A stretch of 53,710 nt of DNA, the filler included, from Perkinsus olseni (taxonomy: Eukaryota): assembly GCA_013115125.1 (NCBI GenBank). It is 3 parts of 3 records of this genome, joined end to end, with 100 filler letters (N's around TTAATTAATTAA, not from the genome) between each part and the next. Parts side by side here need not be neighbours in the genome. Positions count along the whole stretch, not along the records: positions 35,938 to 53,710 come from JABANN010000632.1; 2 more parts are not named here. One strand, given 5' to 3'. Numbering within the stretch: position 1 is the first letter of the stretch; every line of letters begins with the position of its first letter. Positions 45,301 through 53,710 of the stretch are shown piece after piece. A program made the translations under genes and the position numbers. The notes under the pieces were generated by a model. That model saw only the letters and a list, made by a program, of their open reading frames with translations, was not told where the DNA came from and did no database searches.

Positions 45301-47907
45301 ATGCGATGGAGCGGGGCAGCAGTGAAGCACCTTCGTGGTGTCAAACAACAGCATGTGCAGGAAATGCAGGATCGGCTCTGGGGGCCCATGAAGGGCATGC
45401 CGGGTAGTGAGGGAGCAGAGTGTCTCGGCGGTGATAGATCTTCGATACTAGTACATTCATCTCGGCCTTCGTTTGGGGATGATACCTTCGGTTTGCCACT
45501 AGGTCTCGGAGTGGGGGTTGAGTTCCCTGAGCTCCCGACTCGAATGCGTTTATCGAGACTGGTTCAACGCCGAGGGTCGCTAGAACTCTCGTGGGGCTGT
45601 TGGGAATCTCACTGTCCTCTATGGTTCAGGCGAGCGTTGGTTCCTGAAGCCGTTGGAAGGCCCGAAGTATGCTGAATGGTATTTCCCTAGCAAATACAAC
45701 GTCCCTGAGTTCAAGGTTGGAGACTACTTTGAAATGCAGGCGGAGCGATACCGGAAGAAGACGCATCCCGCGATGGCCCAGTTCGACAAGGTACAAGGGG
45801 GAGTCTCGCTCGGCCAAGCGGACCCGATCAGGGTGGCGCTTGGGGATTATTCGTGACTCGACTTTCGCAGGTTACGAATAGAGTGTACAGGGACAAGGAT
45901 CGGATAAGAGCCTTCCTCTCCCGACTGGACGAGGAGTCCTTCCGGAAAGAACCGGCGTTTCAAGACCTCTATGCGATGTAGCCGCGGGGAATCGACGCAA
46001 CGAAGGGGCGATGCCACAACAGGTATCGATTGATGGACCCGAAGAGCCCACTGTCATTCCAAGTGCCTGAGAGGATATACCGTGAAACTCCACCGATGTT
46101 CGGGCCGGGATACCCTCCGACCGGTTCTGAAGAGCCAGGGGCCGAGAGGACCGAGTCGGGTAGTACTGGTACCTAAGGCTATAGTGAGCCGACTGTTGTT
46201 AGACGAAGGGAGGCTCTTTGAGAAGTCAACGGACGAGCTCATGTTTTTGATGTCTTTATTGAAGGACAATCTTGGTAACTTGGACTATGAGAAGGTCGAT
46301 CGGAGAATCACTGTAGGAGGAGGTCCTCGTCGGCGCTCTGAGTGCTCAGTTAGAGCAGCTCAGGGGGAAGAACAGTCTATGCGGCCGGCCTCCGTGTACG
46401 GGCATTACGTGGTATGCGAGGCTGTCCATTATTCAGATGCACGCTAGCACGCCTGCCGAGGCTCGAGCCATGGCGATGGACGCCCTACGGGAGCACGAGA
46501 TACCGATTCCGTGGTCAGGGGCAGCGGATGTGAACCTCGATTTTGATGAGACTGAGGTTGCCAGTGAAACAGGACTGGACATTGTGGTAGGACCAGGAGC
46601 GCGCTGCGTGGTTCCCCTGTTGTGGCCTTGGAATTGGTTCATCCCTGTGTCCTTTGCCAAGCCGACTAAGAGAAGTAAAATGCATAGGACTTGGAAATAC
46701 CTGCATTCCTGTGACCCCTTTATGTGACGCCTGAGACTCAGCTGCCAGGATGAGGGTTCCTCTGTGCGTTCCCTGCTGGAGGAGGACAACTTGGAGGCGA
46801 CAGCGGGTATGGAGGCGCTGGGAGGTCTGACGGAGGAGGACATCTATCGAGAAAGTGGCTACGATGTGGCTGCTGCCGCTGCCGCAGAGGAGGGGGAGGA
46901 GCGGGAAGGTAGGCGGTAGTGAAGGGGGTCTGCTACATTTTTTCTTCGTAAGCGCCAGCGCCAAACGGTACTTATGCATGCCATATTATGCCAACTGGAA
47001 ATTCGGTGCGCGGTTGAGAGCGTTGGATGGAGCTTGAACTCCTTAGTCTTAAGTTCACGCTCCAGTGGTCCCGAGTTCGGGTGCTAATGAGACTATAGAT
47101 ATATTGATATGACGGCAGGCTGTCACTGTGTTATGGCATCAGTGCTATTTGAAGACGGTCACGTCCAGGCTGGCTGTTCTCGGTCAGTTAACGAGTTTGA
47201 TCTGCCGTCTACGGGCGGGTTCGATGCCGAGTTGACCACCGTGGACGACGATGGTCCCGTCAGAGCGCCATCTGGCCCCGTCAGAACGCTGAAGCACGTG
47301 CGGCTCACCATGAGCTTTGGAAACTCCGACTTCTCTCTCAAACGACTGAAGAGCAGGAATGCGGCATACGTGAGTGCATCACTACCAATTCTACGATGAC
47401 GCATTTCGCCTGTTGCTTCAGCAGCAGCGCCGTAAGCATGCTAGGTCAAGGTTCAAGGAGATAATGAACCCGTCGAACAGAGTGGGTCAAATGGCGCGAG
47501 CCTTCCAGAGGCCGTCAATTCAGCTTACATCGCGAGTGTTTGCGAGCTCTTCTTCCGATTTTAGCCGGGGAACTACTGAAAATCTGTCGACAAATTTATT
47601 GTTTGTTGGTGCCTCTAGGACCTCGAGCCTCCTATACCTCGACGGCAACGGTTGTTCATGGAGCACCGTCATCGCTTTGTGGACCCTCTCTTCCGGTGAG
47701 TGGGAATACCACTAAATTCGCGCCTTGCGACTGTTGGCTCGGTTCAGGCGCCGTCGTTTGAAGTACATGGAGAGGCTGACCACGGGGAAGACGAAGCCGA
47801 AGGAGAAGAAGTACCACGGTTACTATATAGTACACCCCGACAACAAGAAGAGATGGCCATCGAATCTAGGGTCTGTAACCATCCCTTGGCCCAGTCCATA
47901 CCACTGA
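45301..47907 (+). CDS. Probable mitochondrial protein resembling mitoribosomal mS33 with a long insertion, multi-exon
   Basis: Basic presequence-like start. GERWFLKPLEGPKYAEWYFP resembles the mS33 N-terminal motif and DPLFRRRRLKYMERLTTGKTKPKEKK its basic C-terminal motif. Family assignment is by eye only. Confidence 0.4.
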
Positions 47908-48047
47908 GGCTACTGCATGATCCGATCGTCGTATGTTTCTGGTATGTATGCTGGGCCTGCGTTCTTCAATGCCTGTCTCGGTGGCGTGGAAGCGCGCAGG
48001 GTGGCTCTGGGTATGTGACTCTTAGGGAGGCAAGTGACCTTGGTATA

Positions 48048-48129
48048 TGTCAGCTGTGGGGTTCGAACCCACGCGGATTTCTCCACCAGAACTTGAGTCT
48101 GGCGCCTTAGACCACTCGGCCAAACTGAC
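48048..48129 (-). tRNA. trnL-CAA: tRNA-Leu(CAA)
   Basis: GTCAGTTTGGCCGAGTGGTCTAAGGCGCCAGACTCAAGTTCTGGTGGAGAAATCCGCGTGGGTTCGAACCCCACAGCTGACA: complete cloverleaf, CCAGA/TCTGG anticodon stem, long variable arm. Confidence 0.96.
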
Positions 48130-48341
48130 TGGTTGAGAGGTGGTTTCTAAAGTATCCGGGGGGGCATCCACCGAACACTTCGTGCAAGCCTGCCAAACAA
48201 CCACACTACCTGACAATGAGGTTACGTTTCCTCATCAGTTTCAGACGTGTTTGCTCACAAGTGACAATCAGCACGTTCGGAAACCTCATATGAGGGAGAA
48301 CTTTTGGCAGTTTACAGTCGTATTCTACCTACTCCGTAGTA

Positions 48342-48837
48342 ATGCTAGACATCGCTACCATCCTCGGCGCCATCGGAGTCTCTGATGCTCTCTCCGAGTG
48401 CAGGGAGAATCCCGAGTAAGCTTATTAGTAGACTAGTCCTCTGGTGGCATCGTCATCGGTGAACTGCACATCTGTGGAACCTGGGCACCTTCACAGATAC
48501 GAAGCCCGTGGTAACATCTTCAATTCGGATGCCGAAGAGGATTCCACCACCTGCCAGGAGGTAGCGACCCTTTAAGATAACCGTCCGTTATTGGTGCCCT
48601 CAGGACGACTCCGGCGGAAGCTCGTGGATGCCGGCCAATATTACGAGCTCTAACAGTTTCAAGAGAGCCCAAGACTTGTGCACTGAGATGGGAACCAAGG
48701 TGAGCCCGTCGGGCGCTGTGTACCCTATACCAGCTTGGAGGCAGGTCTCCGAGGCCTTTGAGGCCATCCCTGTCCCTGTGTTGGATCTGACGATGCCGAC
48801 CGAGATGCCCCAGCATAGGGTGTCGAAGAAGAAGTAG
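48342..48837 (+). CDS. Small hypothetical protein, multi-exon
   Basis: MLDIATILGAIGVSDALSECRENP followed by a GTAAG donor and further short exons ending at TAG 48837. Confidence 0.4.
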
Positions 48838-49063
48838 TTACCGAGCAGCGGTGTCACGATCTGTGTTATCGTCTTCGCTTCTCAAGCTGCTAACCCATGT
48901 TGGCAAAAGTGCGCTTTTGTCCATCCGTGTGCTGTTAAAAATATCTTTACTTTGTTGGGTTATGCTGAATTTGGCTCTGTCCCGGTTTTGAGGATCTCCA
49001 ATGCTATTTAAGCGGAAGTTGTAGACATTTGCTCCCCTCCAGATCTGTTCGATAGCACATCAG

Positions 49064-50688
49064 ATGCCCAGCGCGATCGACTCTGCTATGAGTACAGGGG
49101 AGCCATCCCTTTCTGCGGCTCACACTCGAGACTCCTCGAGCTCCTCCACTACCCCCGCATCAGAAAGAGCCGTACAGGGACCAAGATTGTACTCACGGCG
49201 ACGAGTCCCCAGGGCCTTCAGGGACATTGACTGCCCCTTCCCGGAGACCAGCAGCGTTGATGGTATGAGTCGGCTAGATAACCCCAGTACCATGTGAATT
49301 CTCAGGGCCTTATGGCTGCGTATCGTATCAGCTGTTGGGCACAGACCATAACACAAAGGAATTGGCGGTTTGCTTGCACGGCCTCAATGGGTCGAAGATG
49401 CTTTACGCGGACCTGGCGCAGGTCCTATCGAGAAGCCGAATGGTGAGCCCAACCGATGCCTCTCACCGCCATGAGCCTGTGCTCAGGTTCTAACTTATGA
49501 TATGTATGGGCATGGCCTCTCCAACGCCCCTCCCGTGGCTCATTGCAGAGGGGTCGACAAATGCTGCTGCTGCAAACAGCGAGCTGCCTACGACTTGGAC
49601 TTTTTTGTAGACCAGCTTTACTTCCTAATGGAACACTTGAAACTGATTGACCGTGAGTTGACTATAAGCCTGATTGGATTCAGCTTTGGGGGCGCGGTCG
49701 CCATAAGCTTCGCCGACAAGTAGGCCCCGCATTCAGCACAGCTGGGCTGATGCTGCTTCCTGCTAGGAACCCCGAGCTATGCCAGAGATTAGTTCTCTTG
49801 AGTCCGGCTGGGTTCATCCCGAACAAACCACTGAGTTATCGATTGTTGCACTGTTGCCCCTGCTGTATCATTCCACTGGCTCAACACTGCGCGTGCTCGT
49901 GTATCTTTTCGCGGGACAAATTCGTGATGTCACAGCAACAAAGTCCAGATGGAGGAGAGCCTCCCACTGAAGTAAGATCGGTCAACCAGCAACTGCTCAT
50001 CTAGTTTGCCCCTGCTGTGTCGTTCTAGGCTGAGATAGAGTGGCAGGATATGTTTTGGCGAAGGGTGGTTTGGCAGACACTAGTGAAGCGAGACGGAATC
50101 TCTAGCAGTCTTGCAATAGTGGTAGCTCTTCCTTCAAGGATATCGAACATACTGGCAGTAGCTGCTGCTCAGGATCGGGTGCCTTTTTTCGACATGGCCG
50201 TCGAATATTCTCGCGTGGGGGAGCATCCAAGGCCCGTGCTCCTTATATGGGGCGTCAACGATCAAGTGAACCCCTTATCAGTCGCTAGCACAGTAGGTTA
50301 CGCCCGGATACGTTGGCGGTGATCCTCGCCCTCAGGTGAGGAGCTTCTTCAGCAATGTCTATTTGCTTCGAATACAGAATGCCGCACATTTAACGCTGTG
50401 CGAGCAACCTATTGTGACTTGCTCGTCGATTCTTAGTTTTTTAAATGTAGTGGAAGCGGGTACAGGTGTGAGCTCAAAGCTGGTATGCCACAGGTTCCGA
50501 CTGACTTCCGATTCCGGAGTGGTAAACAGGAGGCCCCGCCAGTGCAACAAGAGCCCATGAACCCTGCAAATGGAGCATCGACAACGCGCTCTTCCCGTTC
50601 TGCACTGCGAGTCAAACTACCGCACGCCCGGGAAGTGTTCATTCCGGTGAGCACAACAGAGTTTTTTCTGAAGTATTCCCGCACTTAG
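49064..50688 (+). CDS. Alpha/beta hydrolase (serine hydrolase) with Cys-rich inserts, multi-exon
   Basis: VCLHGLNG, YDMYGHGLS, nucleophile GFSFGG, LVLLSPAG, acid LIWGVNDQV and His NAAHL form a complete triad. Confidence 0.9.
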
Positions 50689-51653
50689 CGTCACGAAGTT
50701 CCAACACTACATCGAGATCGTACACTCGAGTGTGACATCGAGACCAGCATCAACTGTGTTGAAGCCCCGATGGTAGAGCTCGGCCTGCCAGAAGAATCCT
50801 CACCCGGCGACACTCGGACGCACAAGGGCATGATTTGATGCTCTGAACGCGTACCGATAGCACTGCTTCATCTCTCGTTACCTTTCCTATAAGACGATCA
50901 ACAGGTATGCCTTGAATTTGGCGCTATGGCTGATACATACATTGCAGTGTACATTACTACTCCATCATATCATTGCTAGAACATACCTTCAGTGTTGCGC
51001 TGATGTGAAGCTTGTAGAAACGCAGGGTGAATGCCTCCGGAGGGCGTTACACTTGAAGAAAGGAGCGGTTCTCGCGCCGCATGATTGTTAATACTTCACG
51101 GGGCAACCGGGGGCCTCTCATTTCTAGTGACTGAAAAAGTGGTTCTGGCACACTTTCACAGAAGATCGGTCATCATTTCTACGAAAACGAGGGCAAAATA
51201 GATGATGACTTTACAACCCCTTCGAAAGACTGGCGCTCCATCAGGGACCTCTGCACCAATACGGGTTGCGCTGGCATAGAGAGAAGCAAAGGACGGAATA
51301 GCTTGTCCTTGTCTGAAAGAAAGCACTGTCCTCACGAAGAGCGCTCGAAAGCTCTCGGCAGAGAGAGTGTCCAGAAAGTGGTGCGGTCTAGAAACAACGG
51401 GGCTTTCTTGCAGCTATTCTCGGGCAACTCTATTCTTTTGAAGGGTCTATATATATAGACCAGGCTACAATGCAACGGTTCATCATACTAGTGGTCATTG
51501 TGGGGTCAGGGATGGGAACGCTCATCTGATGCTCTACTGTCGAAGACCAGATCGGTCTCGCTTGCGGCCTAGTTTCATGGATGGGAGCGGATAACAATCT
51601 GTGCGAGTCGATGTGCAGCTGTAACTGATCACAGCGCAAAGTTCTATCTCAAC

Positions 51654-52002
51654 GAGCTTCCGAGAAGTAATTGAAAAATAAGTTGGTGGAGACAATCGCC
51701 CAACGATAAGCTAACTGAACGGGGAAAAACCAACTTGGCGGTCTATTCGAGTCCTGGAGATGATGCTTGTCGCGGCACACCGGGGCGAGGCTTGGGTGAC
51801 GGTCTTAGGCACAGCCCTCCGGATGTGTAAGCAGATCCTGCAAGGAGGGAAGAAAACTTATATGGTTGAATATACACCTAAGGAGAGCGTCTTGATGATC
51901 TGTCTGATTGCACTGAATGTCAAAGCTACAGAGAGTCTCCAACTGAGCACATCGGCAAGAGTCTAACCAAGCCGGAATCGGCGTTGGACTATAAACTCAC
52001 AC
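51654..52002 (+). repeat. Second, longer copy of the dispersed element at 33148-33406
   Basis: Shares GAGCTTCCGAGAA...GCTAACTGAACGGGGAAAA...GTCCTGGAGATGATGCTTGTCG...GACTATAAACTCACAC; carries ~100 bp extra in the middle. Confidence 0.8.
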
Positions 52003-52674
52003 GCTAGCATAGTGACCTTCCCTCCCTACTGCCCTCGACACAACATTTATCCTTGATAATGCAGACAACTGGATTTCTGTGAGAAGAAATATGTTTTCAA
52101 TATTTACGTCGAAAAATCTCTACTCCATGAGGTACTATCCGCGTCTACTGGTCTTGGTTAGACAGAGCGTTAGGCTCCACGTGGTACTGTCAGCATCCAG
52201 TTGTGATTCGGATGATTCCTTTTTGGGCCTGTATTGGGAGTGTTGGGCGCTGTTTACCCTCTATTGAGAGTGTCAGTAAGTCCACTTCATCCGATTTTAC
52301 CGTACCAGAGGCAGGTGGACACAGTTGTGTAGCCTACGCACCTGTGCCTTCCTGCCTTCAGCGTCGGCCTGATCTGAAACTCTCATGATTCCGATGCCGA
52401 CAGGCTTGGGTAGACAACAGCGCGATCGATTCATTCCCATGCAGTGCGCGTATGCATCATGTGGGCTTCGTACTGTGCTTGCGGTGCGGGAACGGCTAAC
52501 GAACTACATAGCTTCGGCGTCGCGTGCTTGAGGGCCTAACTGTTGCGCTGCGATCGCCTGATCGATAGCCAATGGCAGCTCGCCATCAACTCGGACTTCG
52601 ACTGCTGTCGCGCTGCTTGTCGTGCTAGACGGCTGTATTCTTATAGCAGCCTCTTATAGTTAAAAGCCTTCGCC

Positions 52675-53584
52675 ATGCGCGAAATCTCCGCACTCGTCCT
52701 TCAGGTGGGAATTTGGGTATTCTCGGGTGCATATGGCCAGGTAATCAGAATGAATACTGGCTATAACTCCATACCCAGATATGGTTATGCTCTAACCGGT
52801 GGTCTACTGGTGGATAATCAGCAGATTTGGGCTCAGATCGACACTGGATCATCTGCTCTATTCTTCACTTGGAAAGAATGGTACGAAAGTTTCACCTACC
52901 CGGGTGCTAGCTCCCTGCTCCCAACGGGCGCTTATGCGTGCCCGCACTGTACGGTTGGCCCTATAACGGACCTTGAGTTTGAAGACGGAACGACAGTCCA
53001 TATATTCCCGCACAGTGGGAATCTTCGATCTGGCTCGATGAGCATTGATGGTATCACATTTGGTCTTGTTAATTTTCAAGATCCACCCCCTGATGTACTA
53101 ACGCCAGTTCACAGCATTGGTCTTGGTATGGGAGCGACGCCTGGCTATCACTCCCTTATGGACCAGCTGCGAGGAAAGTAGCAAGTACGACTTTCGCTCT
53201 CTACCTACTGAGATTTCCAAACACGATTCGAACTAAAGGAGGCCTCATTCTCGGCGGCGGTGACCCCACGCTATACAAGGCACCCCTTACCTATGTACCG
53301 CTCACGAGCCAGCAGGAATACTTAGTCACGCTGGGTACTCTACGAGTCGGCACTACCCACAAACCTCTTGGTATCAACCAATCTGCTCTCATAGACACTG
53401 GGACACACGCCTTGGTCATCCCGCCTGACCATTTTGATGCTACCCTGAAGGCCATCACCGATCTGACATCAGCTACTGCTGGATTCGGGGTCGGCAGTGA
53501 CTACATACCTGCACTCGGAGCCTACGTAATCGATTGCCATTACATCGTGTACCTTCCACCCATAGAGCTCGGCTTGGGCCCCTC
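52675..53584 (+). pseudogene. Pepsin-like (A1) aspartic protease pseudogene
   Basis: Signal-like N-terminus; first DTGS in the frame of ORF 52675-53181; GGLILGG and the second DTGT in another frame (shift near 53179); truncated at 53585. Confidence 0.85.
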
Positions 53585-53710
53585 TAGAGGTGGGCGACCG
53601 TACTAAATTTTAGGAAAGTACGGTACGGAGTACGTCTGAAACCGTAGATCAAGTACGGGTACGGTGGGCGAGTACGGAAGACAATAAAATAACAAATCTC
53701 GTTCCCCAGA
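53585..53710 (+). mobile_element. Terminus of a hAT-like DNA transposon inserted in the protease gene
   Basis: TAGAGGTGGGCG start followed by repeated (A)GTACG(G) subterminal motifs; protease similarity stops here. Confidence 0.6.

Noticed and set aside
47005..47096. Possible intron-containing tRNA relic / hairpin TGGAGC-TGAACT...AGTTCA-GCTCCA
   Set aside because: T-loop lacks the conserved A, and there is no T-stem or acceptor pairing; only a hairpin is supported.

Overview
Eukaryotic, GC-rich, intron-dense genomic window. The many 40-60 nt GT/GC-AG introns and intronless lineage-specific secreted-protein, F-box-like and pepsin-like families are most consistent with a Perkinsus-like alveolate; this is inferred, not verified. 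Two scaffold gaps (17878-17977, 35838-35937) divide it into three blocks. Block 1 has a urea transporter, a putative cyclin-box/PDZ protein, a PHO80-type cyclin-like gene, hypothetical genes and an alpha/beta-hydrolase-fold protein with UIM-like motifs. It also has four degenerate tRNA-like pieces, two of them inside predicted spliceosomal introns. Block 2 is repeat-rich and accessory: an LTR end, a ~1.6-kb inverted duplication carrying two oppositely charged secreted paralogues, an F-box-like gene and its pseudogene, a RING pseudogene, a plant-type class IV aminotransferase (DAAT/ADCL) and small transposon-like elements. Block 3 is mostly housekeeping: a DDHD phospholipase, two tandem IST1-family genes, THUMPD1/Tan1, proteasome alpha3 (PSMA4), a probable mS33-like mitoribosomal protein, tRNA-Leu(CAA) and an alpha/beta hydrolase. 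It ends in an aspartic protease pseudogene interrupted by a hAT-like element. Exon boundaries were read by eye, and multi-exon coordinates give the outer span only.
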